A DNA stretch of 64,000 bases from a virus (Duplodnaviria > Heunggongvirae > Uroviricota > Caudoviricetes): IMG/VR virus record IMGVR_UViG_3300032116_012976; one strand, 5' to 3'. The position numbers were made by a program, and so were the translations under genes. This document shows, in pieces, positions 46,657-55,349 of the stretch. Numbering within the stretch: position 1 is the stretch's first letter; the number at the start of each line of letters is the position of its first letter. Below the pieces are notes generated by a model. That model was not told the origin of the DNA. It ran no database searches and saw only the letters and a list, made by a program, of their open reading frames with translations.

Positions 46657-47547
46657 TTAGAACTGTACGACCAACCCGCCTGCTACTTGTTTGACATCAG
46701 TGGCTGCTGAGGTTCCCTCAACTGTACGATACAAAACTTGTGCATAGGTCTTTTTGCTGAAAGCATACTCAGCACCTACGTTGTAACTCTTGATGCCATT
46801 TTCAATGCGACCATAGCTGGCCTTCACTGTGACTGGTCCACCAAGTTTGTGTGCCACGCCGACCAACTGAGCACGGTTGGTGTTGGCAGCAACGCCTTTG
46901 TTGTCGCTTGCGCTGGCAAACACAGTGGTTGCACCAAATTTAGCACGAGCAGCCAACACGTCACTGGTTTCTGCGCCAGCTTCGTAACGAGCATAAGTCA
47001 ACACAGCAGGTCCAACTGCGGCAATCACGGATGCGGCATAAGGATCAGCGGCAGTGCCAACAGCACCAGTGCTACGATCAAAGTTAGCAGAGACATTGCC
47101 AAAGTTCACAGAAGTGAAAGCGGCATTGCTCAAACGCAAACCACGCAGGTTATGCACGTCGGCAGCTGAGCTACCAATCAATGTGCCAAATGGATCATTG
47201 TCGCTGATGGCCAAGAAGTGAGTGTGAACATTGCGACCAAGATCAACGCTACCCATTTTGTGAGCAATACCCACGGTGCTTTGGCGATCGCCAAGTCTAG
47301 TGTCAGTACCAGTGTCTGGGCTGTTGGCTTGGATGCCGGTCTCGTATGTGGCACGAGCTGTTAATCCGCCACCTAAGTTTTCAGTAGCACGAATGCCAAA
47401 GTGACTCAAGTCATTGGCCATGCCTTGCACGGTGGAAGCACCAGTTTTGGTGTTGTCAAGGTAAGTGCCAACACGACCATAGATACCAACTTGTGCGCTT
47501 GCAACACCAGCAACTGCCAGGGTCAACGCAATTAGAACTTTCTTCAT
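46657..47547 (-). CDS. outer-membrane beta-barrel porin-like protein
   Basis: Signal peptide MKKVLIALTLAVAGVASAQ. A Gly/Thr/Ala-rich body. C-terminal ...GGLVVQF ending in Phe. Its own promoter and terminator are present. Confidence 0.5.
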   Translation of the reverse strand: MKKVLIALTLAVAGVASAQVGIYGRVGTYLDNTKTGASTVQGMANDLSHFGIRATENLGGGLTARATYETGIQANSPDTGTDTRLGDRQSTVGIAHKMGSVDLGRNVHTHFLAISDNDPFGTLIGSSAADVHNLRGLRLSNAAFTSVNFGNVSANFDRSTGAVGTAADPYAASVIAAVGPAVLTYARYEAGAETSDVLAARAKFGATTVFASASDNKGVAANTNRAQLVGVAHKLGGPVTVKASYGRIENGIKSYNVGAEYAFSKKTYAQVLYRTVEGTSAATDVKQVAGGLVVQF

Positions 47548-47595
47548 AAGTAATTTTTCCTTGTTAATGAAATGATCAAATGTCGATCATAGAGT

Positions 47596-47625
47596 ATTAT
47601 ATAGCACAAACACTGAGAATGTCAA
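47596..47625 (-). promoter_or_regulatory. sigma70-like promoter TTGACA-N16-18-TGCTATATAAT
   Basis: Upstream of the porin-like gene. Confidence 0.5.
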
Positions 47626-47644
47626 AGAAAATGGCTACTTTCGC

Positions 47645-47680
47645 AGCCATTTTGGTGGTTTCTGTTACGAGGTATTTCCT
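47645..47680. terminator. terminator-like hairpin between the minihelix region and the porin promoter
   Basis: aaaatggct-actttcgc-agccatttt. Confidence 0.35.
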
Positions 47681-48024
47681 ACCCTAGACGACCTTAAGCG
47701 GCCATCAAGAATTTTTCATCATTTGCAGATAAAAGTTTTGCTTGATTTACGGTCATCGCCTACCGTGCTGTCCACTCTGTTACTCTTTGCCCTGTCGAAT
47801 CTAGGTCAGGCCCATCATAAAGAAACTTAATCTACGCTTAATGTTGTTAACAACAAGCATAATATTGGAAAAACAATTAATAAAAATTTTGCTAAATTTT
47901 CCATATTACCATAACTCACAGTTTTTTATTTTCTCTTCGTCCAATGTGGTATCACGTGTAAAATAAAATACACCAAACACTAACCAAAATAACAAAAATA
48001 AAACATAACCTATCATTAAACTTC

Positions 48025-48070
48025 CTTATGGTGGACCTGGGGGGATTCGCACCCCCGTCCAGAACACTTT
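48025..48070 (-). ncRNA. tmRNA/tRNA 3'-end-like minihelix (T-arm, acceptor 3' strand and CCA) without a 5' partner
   Basis: The minus strand reads GGACGGGGGTGCGAATCCCCCCAGGTCCACCA. This resembles tmRNA 3' ends (GGACG.GGGTTCAA.TCCC.CCAGCTCCACCA). No complementary 5' acceptor strand was found within 400 nt. Confidence 0.35.
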
Positions 48071-48278
48071 TCTCTCGGCTTCATACAGCAATAACTCGCA
48101 GTATATATTTATTCTTTGGGCTTGTCAACTGCTTTGGAGATGATGTCATACACTTGTGCGTATGCATCAGTAATTTTGTCTAGTTGTTGTTCCGACACCA
48201 AGTCTGTGTCCTCCAGACTGACCAAGTCTCGGGCTAGATTTTCTTGTAGTTTTTTTATGGGATTGAGCACATACCTAT

Positions 48279-48812
48279 TTATTCATCCCCGCTATCTACT
48301 GGGATCCAGCCCAACTTAAAAAAGTCTTCCTGGATTTCTTCTGTGACATGTCCTTCGGGTACATATCTTTTAACACCGTCAGCATCACCATTGCCCAGTC
48401 CATCGCCTATGCCCGAACAGTACCAATCAATATAGTCACCTTGTTCACGCATGTCGGCAACAATACCCCCGGCATAGCGCCACGAACAACTGTAGGTCTC
48501 TCCCTTTAGCAAAGGCCATACTTCGTTGCGTTGCCAGTCTTGATTGCACAAGGCTGCGTAGATGTTTTGAGCGTAGGTATCGCTGGCCTTGGCTTTGTCG
48601 CAAACCCACTTGGTGCTACGCAAATCATATTCAAGATTGTTTTCTCGCCACCGTTCGTCGGCTTCGCGTTGAGCCTGATGTTCGTTGATCATGCGTTCAA
48701 GATCTAAAGCTCGTTGAACATCTTCGTCAGTGGCAGGATCTCCTCCTTCCGCAATGACATCTTCAATTCTGCATTGACTGTGAAAGGTTCCGCGAGTAGG
48801 ACTTTTGTTCAT
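48279..48812 (-). CDS. hypothetical acidic protein
   Basis: The start is reassigned to the internal Met (MNKSPTRG) because the ORF-track N-terminus overlaps tRNA-Leu. Confidence 0.4.
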   Translation of the reverse strand: MNKSPTRGTFHSQCRIEDVIAEGGDPATDEDVQRALDLERMINEHQAQREADERWRENNLEYDLRSTKWVCDKAKASDTYAQNIYAALCNQDWQRNEVWPLLKGETYSCSWRYAGGIVADMREQGDYIDWYCSGIGDGLGNGDADGVKRYVPEGHVTEEIQEDFFKLGWIPVDSGDE

Positions 48813-48818
48813 AATGTT

Positions 48819-48904
48819 TGGTACCAGAGACGGGACTCGAACCCGTATGCCCTTGCAAGCGGCAGATTTTAAGTCTGCTGTGTATACCATTCCACCACTC
48901 TGGC
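48819..48904 (-). tRNA. tRNA-Leu(TAA), class II
   Basis: Anticodon stem GCAGA/TCTGC. Anticodon loop CTTAAAA. A long variable arm. Confidence 0.65.
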
Positions 48905-48922
48905 TTTGCGTTATTTAATACA

Positions 48923-48997
48923 TGGTCCGGCGTAGAGGAATCGAACCTCTATAATGACTTTAGAAGAATCATGTCCTATCCGTTGAACGAACGCCAG
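48923..48997 (-). tRNA. tRNA-Arg(TCT)
   Basis: Anticodon loop CTTCTAA. T-arm AGAGGTTCGATTCCTCT. Confidence 0.6.
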
Positions 48998-49002
48998 ATG
49001 TT

Positions 49003-49077
49003 TGGTGGGCCAACTTGGAATTGAACCAAGACTCGACCGATTATGAGTCGGTTGCTTTACCATTAAGCTATTGGCCC
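49003..49077 (-). tRNA. tRNA with anticodon CAT (third CAT tRNA; Ile2/Met)
   Basis: Anticodon stem ACCGA/TCGGT. Anticodon loop CTCATAA. Confidence 0.6.
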
Positions 49078-49085
49078 TGTGCTAC

Positions 49086-49114
49086 ATTGTAGCAGGAAAA
49101 CTATTTAGTGTCAA
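49086..49114 (-). promoter_or_regulatory. sigma70-like promoter TTGACA-N17-TGCTACAAT
   Basis: Immediately upstream of the tRNA trio at 48819-49077. Confidence 0.55.
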
Positions 49115-49481
49115 CTGTTCCGTCGGCCAGGTGGTCATGTTTGATTTCTTTTACAGGATGCCCTAAAATGCTGGCAACAGAATTTTTGTAAGCAATACGT
49201 TTGTTGTTATGATCTCTAATGGCAATGGCTCGGCGACCAATCTCCTGAAGGCTCAACATTTGCTCCACGCCTGATTTGAGCTGCCATTCTAGATCCCAGA
49301 TAGCATGATGGATGTCGGTCATTGCTTGAATGTCCTCATCTAGTTCTGCGCTTTGTGGTAGTTGTCGAAACTTGTCCTCGTACCAATCAAGTTCAACTTG
49401 GTTGGCGCCTTTGGTTCGTGCATGTTTTACTCTGGCAATGCAGAGTCGATCAATTAGTTCTAATACTGGAAGAAATTCCAT
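49101..49481 (-). CDS. hypothetical protein
   Basis: A 126-aa ORF with a consensus promoter at 49511-49539. Confidence 0.35.
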   Translation of the reverse strand: MEFLPVLELIDRLCIARVKHARTKGANQVELDWYEDKFRQLPQSAELDEDIQAMTDIHHAIWDLEWQLKSGVEQMLSLQEIGRRAIAIRDHNNKRIAYKNSVASILGHPVKEIKHDHLADGTVDTK

Positions 49482-49510
49482 AGCATACCCTTTCTATTTT
49501 GTATAGAATT

Positions 49511-49539
49511 ATTATACAAAAATGCTAAGTGTTTGTCAA
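49511..49539 (-). promoter_or_regulatory. sigma70-like promoter TTGACA-N17-TATAAT
   Basis: The minus strand reads TTGACAaacacttagcatttttgTATAAT. Confidence 0.6.
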
Positions 49540-50300
49540 CGGTCTTTGTCAGTTCTTACCAATTGAATTAAGCGGTATCCAGGATCAAATTCCCACCATT
49601 TTTTGCCAAACTGTGGATCTGCGGCAGCGGCGTGATGATTGTTGTGCCAGCCCTCTCCACCAGTCAAATATCCTACCAGCAGGTTATTTGAACTTTGATC
49701 ACGTGTGTCAAAATTTCTATATCCTGATGGACTGTGAGTGAGAGAGTTGGTCAGTGAACTGGCATGTTGCAACAATAGTGACGGAACCAAATAAGCATAC
49801 ACTACTGCATAAGGATCTATCATGTAAACTGCCACCCCGACCAAGATAGTGTACAACCAATGATTGTAGTACATGTGCATGTGAAATTTGGATTTCACAA
49901 TCTCTGGAGCATAACTTAATTTTGGAGTAGCAGGTGTGAGTCTAAATTGCACGGCTAGATAACCGTATACCGCAGGTGAGTGCGGATCATCTTTTGTGTC
50001 AGAGTGTCTATGATGCGCTCGATGTATTGCTACCCAATACAACATTGGTAAAGTTGTGCCAGGAATAGCAATCAATGTTCCTAGATATTCAAACCATTTT
50101 GGTGCTTGAAAAGAACGATGGGTGATCAGCCGATGAACTGTTACAGTTCCGACTACCATCTTGATATAGTAGACCAACAGACATATTGCCCACTGCCATG
50201 CTTCACTGTTGAAGATAAAGTAGACCAGGATCACATGTAGACAGGCACTGTATGCAATCATTTCGTTGTGCGAAGGCACAAACCAGTTTTTCTTTTTCAT
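49536..50300 (-). CDS. membrane fatty-acid desaturase, third copy
   Basis: His boxes HRLITHRSF, HRAHHRH and HNNHHAA. Confidence 0.7.
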   Translation of the reverse strand: MKKKNWFVPSHNEMIAYSACLHVILVYFIFNSEAWQWAICLLVYYIKMVVGTVTVHRLITHRSFQAPKWFEYLGTLIAIPGTTLPMLYWVAIHRAHHRHSDTKDDPHSPAVYGYLAVQFRLTPATPKLSYAPEIVKSKFHMHMYYNHWLYTILVGVAVYMIDPYAVVYAYLVPSLLLQHASSLTNSLTHSPSGYRNFDTRDQSSNNLLVGYLTGGEGWHNNHHAAAADPQFGKKWWEFDPGYRLIQLVRTDKDR

Positions 50301-50463
50301 GCAGATACTTATGCATCTACTTGCAGTAGGTCAGCCTCTTGATCCATTTCCATTTCGGTAATCAGCAGGTCAGCAAATTGCTGACAGAAGATAGCAAACC
50401 AAAGTTGGTCCATCGCTTCTTCGGGTGCGCCAGCGGCCCGCACCAGGCGTTCAAGTTCAGTAT

Positions 50464-50760
50464 TCATAGCCTGGAATCATAAGTGAAGGCAGCAAGATAT
50501 CGCATGCTGGCACGGCTGGGAATGTGCTGATTACAGAACCGTTGGTATGCCGCACGCCAACGCTTTTGGACAGGTGCTGGCGCATGGCAAGCAAGATAAT
50601 GCAAGTGGCCAAATCTGCGCCCAATGCTGATGTGATTGGGCTTCCAGCCTGCAGGATACCATTTGTCGCGAGTTTGCCAATTGTAGTTTACCCAGACACC
50701 CATTCGGCGTTCTTGCATGATATACTTTTTAGATATATCTTGTGGTCTAAATCGGTTCAT
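50464..50760 (-). CDS. hypothetical protein
   Basis: A 98-aa ORF. Confidence 0.3.
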   Translation of the reverse strand: MNRFRPQDISKKYIMQERRMGVWVNYNWQTRDKWYPAGWKPNHISIGRRFGHLHYLACHAPAPVQKRWRAAYQRFCNQHIPSRASMRYLAAFTYDSRL

Positions 50761-51551
50761 TTTTGCATCATCAGCGCATTGAAGTTTGCAGGAACAACAA
50801 TTGTTTGCACACGACCGTTCTTGATACCTTCTGAGATATTCATCATAGCCTGCGCTTGCATGTAAGCAATTGACTGAGCACCTTGATTACTCAATGCTTG
50901 CATACGTTCTGCTTCCATCTTAGCAGTCTTAACTTCAACTTCTTTTTGTTTCAATTCATTCTTGGCACGAACCAACTCATTTGCACTCGCAACCACAGAA
51001 TCTGCAGGTACAATATTCCGAATCAACACTTGACCAACAACCAAACTACCATCAAGTTTTTCATCAGCCAAACTCTTTTGAATTTGTTCTTTAATTGCTT
51101 GTTCCATCACTTGGCGATTATCAGCCATGTCTAGTGCCTCGTACTTTCGGGCTTCTTTGTAGATGGCATTACGAGTGGTTTGAACCATATAGTTGTACAT
51201 CAAGTAGATGTCGCCGTTGTGCCGAGCATGGAATGCTTGACTCTTTTGGCTATACAACTCGGCTACCTGTGCTTGATTGATGTTATAGATAACCACTGCA
51301 TCAAAGTCTTTCATTGTTGAGTTATCTTTAGCAACAGGTGTCATGTCCTCCAGTTTGACATTAACGTCCTTGATTGGGAATGTAAGAACATCACCCCAAA
51401 AGGTTTGATTAAACGAGCCAGGCATTAATTCACCTTGCTGGACTTGTTTATCAAAGCCAACACGTACACCAACTTCACCTGTTTCGATACGAGTACAACC
51501 TGTTGCCAGCACAGCCGCGGCAAGAACGGAGAGAGTCAAAATACGTTTCAT
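50757..51551 (-). CDS. SPFH/band-7 (prohibitin-like) lipoprotein
   Basis: Lipobox LATGC. A coiled-coil/SPFH-like body. Length 264 aa. Confidence 0.45.
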   Translation of the reverse strand: MKRILTLSVLAAAVLATGCTRIETGEVGVRVGFDKQVQQGELMPGSFNQTFWGDVLTFPIKDVNVKLEDMTPVAKDNSTMKDFDAVVIYNINQAQVAELYSQKSQAFHARHNGDIYLMYNYMVQTTRNAIYKEARKYEALDMADNRQVMEQAIKEQIQKSLADEKLDGSLVVGQVLIRNIVPADSVVASANELVRAKNELKQKEVEVKTAKMEAERMQALSNQGAQSIAYMQAQAMMNISEGIKNGRVQTIVVPANFNALMMQK

Positions 51552-51560
51552 TTTATTTCC

Positions 51561-51749
51561 TTAAAAAAGTACCACAAGGGCAAGTAGACTACCAAAAGTA
51601 AGTATAGCACAAAATGCACTGTAAGTCAAGAGTTTTACCAAACTCCACGATTCTTTTCCGGACATGTTCCGTAGGTACTGAATGCCGAAAAAGAACATGC
51701 CAAACACAACAACAAAAGCCAATAGGATTCTAATCATCACACTCTCCAA
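51561..51749 (-). CDS. small membrane protein
   Basis: A 62-aa hydrophobic ORF. Confidence 0.3.
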   Translation of the reverse strand: MESVMIRILLAFVVVFGMFFFGIQYLRNMSGKESWSLVKLLTYSAFCAILTFGSLLALVVLF

Positions 51750-52210
51750 ATTTCTTCAAAACCTTCCGACAAGTCTGGCTCTTCCCAGTCCCGAATCATG
51801 CGAGCAATCACCTCAGATGGGATTGTTTTGCCCGGACGGCCGGCCAATCGTCTAGCCAATTCTTCAGGCTCGGGCGTTCGAAATACCACAGCAATGGCCG
51901 AGTATTCCGGCAACATGCGAAACTTTTTGGCCCGGCTTGCCCGTGTGGTGCTGGTCTGATCCCAGATGATGTCGTTGTTGTTAGCCTGTGCAGTCAACGC
52001 ATGGTTGGTCATCAGGCGAACAGCAATAGGCATGTATTCTTCAAACACTTCTGAATAGGTCTTGCCTTGGCTCCGGGCATAATCTTCCACCCAGGGGTCT
52101 GTGCTGACCACACTCAAGCCCAAGGCCCAGACCTGGTCTTTGATCCAGGTGCTTTTGCCTGATCCTGGCACTCCTACCAACATGTACAATTTAGGCACTT
52201 TCAACTCCAA
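51737..52210 (-). CDS. P-loop NTPase, predicted kinase
   Basis: Walker A LVGVPGSGKST. Length 157 aa. Confidence 0.55.
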   Translation of the reverse strand: MELKVPKLYMLVGVPGSGKSTWIKDQVWALGLSVVSTDPWVEDYARSQGKTYSEVFEEYMPIAVRLMTNHALTAQANNNDIIWDQTSTTRASRAKKFRMLPEYSAIAVVFRTPEPEELARRLAGRPGKTIPSEVIARMIRDWEEPDLSEGFEEIWRV

Positions 52211-52418
52211 AATGTTCTTTGATATTCTTTGCAGAAAAGGTCAACGCTCTATCCCATTGATTATTACCGTGCCCGTTACCAATGCTTGCTTGTTCAATAC
52301 ATTCTCTCACAATCAACTCGGCGAATTTTTTACACTCTGGCATATCCCAGTGTCCAATGCCAAACATATCTTTTTCGTAGCCAGCCTGTTCAGCAAGTTG
52401 TCGAATTCGTTCGTTCAT
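52191..52418 (-). CDS. small protein, paralog A
   Basis: MNERIRQLAEQAG...KFAELIVRECI, paralogous to 52785..53078. Confidence 0.4.
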   Translation of the reverse strand: MNERIRQLAEQAGYEKDMFGIGHWDMPECKKFAELIVRECIEQASIGNGHGNNQWDRALTFSAKNIKEHFGVESA

Positions 52419-52624
52419 ATCATACCCTCAAACAATTTTTTAACCGATATCGCCTGACCTGTAGTATAAACAATATCAAAACTATCATTCTCAATGTGAT
52501 ACCGATTGCGGTTGCAATTTACATACTCACCCTTGTCATCAGTATACACTTGTCGCATCTGTGTATAGGTTTTATCCACAGCACCATCAAAGATAACCCG
52601 TGTAGTGATTTTACGCTTGTTCAT
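52415..52624 (-). CDS. hypothetical small protein
   Basis: A 69-aa ORF. Confidence 0.3.
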   Translation of the reverse strand: MNKRKITTRVIFDGAVDKTYTQMRQVYTDDKGEYVNCNRNRYHIENDSFDIVYTTGQAISVKKLFEGMI

Positions 52625-52784
52625 TCTTCAACCTCTGTTTCAAAAGTAGAAATTTCTTGATCTTCTGTCAGATCCAGACTTTCTAGTGCGTATTCTAAAT
52701 TGTTCCTGGATGCAAACACACGGACACTCACATCGGGCACTTCACTGTCTTTGTCAAATGTTTGAACAGCATAGCCGTAGACTT

Positions 52785-53078
52785 TCATTCTTCAACTCCA
52801 AATTTCTTTTTCGCTAATTCTTGTTCGCATTGAGCAATGGAGGCGTCAAGCATAGCAGTTGTGATTTCTTTGGGATTCATTCCAAAATGCAATTTAATCA
52901 AATCTACTCCCTGACCGCGACTGATCATGTCACGCAACATGGGATTCAATGCTATGCAACATTCCCGCACAATCAACTCGGCGAACTTTTCAATTTCGTC
53001 ATCTAACAATGAAACAGCATGGTCATTGCTGTATACTGCGCCAGCCTCAACCGCAAGTAGTTTAATTTGTTCGTTCAT
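52785..53078 (-). CDS. small protein, paralog B
   Basis: MNEQIKLLAVEAG...KFAELIVRECC. Confidence 0.4.
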   Translation of the reverse strand: MNEQIKLLAVEAGAVYSNDHAVSLLDDEIEKFAELIVRECCIALNPMLRDMISRGQGVDLIKLHFGMNPKEITTAMLDASIAQCEQELAKKKFGVEE

Positions 53079-53285
53079 TTTACATCCTTATATAACCATC
53101 GGCGGAATCTTGTTGATACTGTTGTTAGCACATTTATGCCAATAATAACAACGACTGCAATAACAATAACAATTTCAATCATTCTTTAACTCCAAAATGT
53201 TTTTTACATTTGTGAAATGGCATAATACGACCAAGCCATCCAATCAGTTCACCGCAATTTTGGCAACAGTATGATGGGTATTTCT

Positions 53286-53564
53286 TCATTTCAAATCGCC
53301 ACGCAGGGTGTGCCACATTTTGGGATCGGTGCCCAAGTAGATGCGATACTTTTGATAATTGCGCCACTGGCTCAGTCGGTTCACACCACGCTCGACCCAG
53401 TCAAACATGGCACTGCGGAACCACAAGGGATTCACAATGGCCACAATCAGTGCTGCCGCCACAGGCACAATCAGCACAGCCACAACCACCCAATGAAATG
53501 TCATGGCACGGTAGTAACGGCCACCACCAGGCACCAGTTCAATTTCTTTACTCATATTTGCCAT
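53286..53564 (-). CDS. membrane protein
   Basis: A 92-aa ORF with the hydrophobic segment HWVVVAVLIVPVAAALIVAIV. Confidence 0.35.
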   Translation of the reverse strand: MANMSKEIELVPGGGRYYRAMTFHWVVVAVLIVPVAAALIVAIVNPLWFRSAMFDWVERGVNRLSQWRNYQKYRIYLGTDPKMWHTLRGDLK

Positions 53565-53965
53565 TCCTTTTTTGTTTTGCGTTTGAAAGTTGTTGGGTCA
53601 ATCACTGCCGACAGGGCTTGCGTGACATCTTCCGCAGTGTCTGGGTCAGTGCTCTTTTTGAGTCCTAGTGCAACCTTTTCTTCTGCTGTGAGTTTACGCA
53701 GGGCCGCACGCCGCAGGCGCAGACGCTCTTGTTTGCGTTCTTCCTTTTCGCGGGCCTTGCGGTCTGCTTCTTTGTGTTTAGCCCACCATTCACGCACCTC
53801 GTCATCACGGAGCAACAACAGATCTTCAATCTTGTTGTTTTCCAGTTCAGTCATGGCCTTGCAGGCAATGCGAGCCAGCATGTCAGCACGGTCTTTGAGA
53901 TCGCGATACTGCCAACTGTCAGTGGGGCTGGAATAACTGTCTGATGCATAATCTCTACAGGGCAT
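53552..53965 (-). CDS. hypothetical charged/coiled-coil protein
   Basis: A 137-aa ORF rich in K/E/R. Confidence 0.35.
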   Translation of the reverse strand: MPCRDYASDSYSSPTDSWQYRDLKDRADMLARIACKAMTELENNKIEDLLLLRDDEVREWWAKHKEADRKAREKEERKQERLRLRRAALRKLTAEEKVALGLKKSTDPDTAEDVTQALSAVIDPTTFKRKTKKEWQI

Positions 53966-53966
53966 G

Positions 53967-54359
53967 TTACTCTCCTTGTGTCTGCAGGGCTTTCAAAAAC
54001 TCCACACATGCGGCCTCGGTGCGCTTGGTCACTACCACCCGGCCACCCCAGAAGCCCACATACAGACTGCGGTGCTCCACAAACTTCACTTCACCGTCAG
54101 CACCAGTATGCTTTTGACGAGCCGCTGGCTTTGCAGGCACTGCCTTTTTTGCAGGTGCTTTAGGCACTGCGGCCACCACAGGCTTTGCTGTCACTGCCTT
54201 TGCAGGTGCAGGCACTGCAAGCGGACGATGCTCAAAGCCATGTTTCTTATCATACTTGGCAATGGCTTTTTCATCCATGCCCCATGTGGCCAGTAGTCGG
54301 CGAACTTCAGTGCCGGGCAGTTGATTCCAGTGTATGATAGGGTCAGTCCAGTTGGTCAT
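53967..54359 (-). CDS. hypothetical protein with an A/K/P-rich (histone H1-like) segment
   Basis: Segment PAPAKAVTAKPVVAAVPKAPAKKAVPAKPAARQK. Confidence 0.35.
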   Translation of the reverse strand: MTNWTDPIIHWNQLPGTEVRRLLATWGMDEKAIAKYDKKHGFEHRPLAVPAPAKAVTAKPVVAAVPKAPAKKAVPAKPAARQKHTGADGEVKFVEHRSLYVGFWGGRVVVTKRTEAACVEFLKALQTQGE

Positions 54360-54369
54360 GTTGGGCTCC

Positions 54370-54570
54370 TTAATAAGATTGATGTGAATGTCCGATACGA
54401 TACACGGGTGCGCCTGGCGTCAAATCATTTTCCGGAGTATACACTTCCGGCAACATGATATCCGCAAACTCACCGTAGGAGTAATAACCAGACTCGGTCA
54501 CTACCAAGCGAGCATCAGCGGGCAGGGCACGGAGTGCCTCAATCATTTGTGCTACAGTTATAGTGGTCAT
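54370..54570 (-). CDS. hypothetical small protein
   Basis: The start is the internal Met MTTITVAQ with RBS AAGGAG. The longer ORF-track form would run through the promoter at 54598-54626. Confidence 0.35.
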   Translation of the reverse strand: MTTITVAQMIEALRALPADARLVVTESGYYSYGEFADIMLPEVYTPENDLTPGAPVYRIGHSHQSY

Positions 54571-54597
54571 CTCAAGCTCCTTAGTGTCTATGTGTGT

Positions 54598-54626
54598 ATT
54601 ATAGCAAATTGGGAATTTTTGGTCAA
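54598..54626 (-). promoter_or_regulatory. sigma70-like promoter TTGACC-N17-TGCTATAAT
   Basis: The plus strand reads tgtgtgtattatagca...ttggtcaacc. Confidence 0.6.
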
Positions 54627-54823
54627 CCGTGCAGAGCAGTCCAGGTTTCCCAGGGCTGATCGCGAATGTATTGTATTGCCTTAACACCACCTTTAACCCT
54701 GCAGGCATACTGCATGGCTGTGGCAAATTTGCCACGCTGACGATGTGTTTTGCGAGCTAATCCTACCGGATTGAGCTTCCATTTCCACAGCGAGTCATAT
54801 TTGCCGCGAATCATCTTGTGCAT
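54623..54823 (-). CDS. hypothetical small basic protein
   Basis: A 66-aa ORF with RBS AGGAG. A perfect-consensus promoter lies at 54851-54879. Confidence 0.35.
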   Translation of the reverse strand: MHKMIRGKYDSLWKWKLNPVGLARKTHRQRGKFATAMQYACRVKGGVKAIQYIRDQPWETWTALHG

Positions 54824-54850
54824 GGTGGCTCCTCTGTTGTCTATGTGTGT

Positions 54851-54879
54851 ATTATAGCAAAACGGTGATTTGGTGTCAA
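54851..54879 (-). promoter_or_regulatory. sigma70-like promoter TTGACA-N17-TGCTATAAT (perfect consensus)
   Basis: The minus strand reads TTGACAccaaatcaccgttttgcTATAAT. Confidence 0.65.
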
Positions 54880-55205
54880 CCGTTTTGCTTCACGCGAACG
54901 TCCGTGTTCAGCGCAGGTGCATACTTTTGTATTAACTCGCGCTCCAACTTATGTGCGGCATCTTTGCCACGCACAATGTCCACGATAGCCACGTTCATTG
55001 CTTCAGTACCGTTTGCGCGAATTGCTTCGTACAAGTTCCAGCCTTTGTCTTCTGTGCGGCTACGGTAGATGTGCTTGTTCACACGGCTACGGAGCGACAT
55101 GTTGATTGTGCGCTGGGTTTTTGCGGTAATACCAATGTAGTACTCAAATCCAATTTGGATCATGTACACTATGTGGCTGCGATCAGTACGTTTCTTTCTC
55201 ATCAT
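54876..55205 (-). CDS. GIY-YIG nuclease-domain protein
   Basis: Motif [15 protein letters not shown] (GIY...YIG) with R and N downstream. Length 109 aa. Promoter at 55212-55240. Confidence 0.5.
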   Translation of the reverse strand: MMRKKRTDRSHIVYMIQIGFEYYIGITAKTQRTINMSLRSRVNKHIYRSRTEDKGWNLYEAIRANGTEAMNVAIVDIVRGKDAAHKLERELIQKYAPALNTDVRVKQNG

Positions 55206-55211
55206 GTGTGT

Positions 55212-55240
55212 ATTATAGCATTTTGGGCATTTTTGGTCAA
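55212..55240 (-). promoter_or_regulatory. sigma70-like promoter TTGACC-N17-TGCTATAAT
   Basis: Upstream of the GIY-YIG gene. Confidence 0.6.
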
Positions 55241-55349
55241 CCGAAATGCCTGTTGCAAAAATACAACAAAAGTACTACTTTTTTTAGCCCTAAAAGTAGT
55301 ACTTTTTTCAGCAAAAATTGAATATTTGGTCAACCAAAGTGTGGGCTAT

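Noticed and set aside
48116-48319. Plus-strand ORF 48116..48319 (Cys/Ser-rich, 67 aa)
   Set aside because: The composition is unprotein-like and the orientation opposes the surrounding minus-strand units. The antisense frame encodes a more protein-like peptide, though it has only a GTG start.
48025-48400. Full-length tmRNA (ssrA) gene
   Set aside because: Only the 3' T-arm/acceptor half is recognisable. No 5' GGGGCTGATTCTGGATTCGACGGG-like strand or tag reading frame (…ALAA*) was found within 400 nt.
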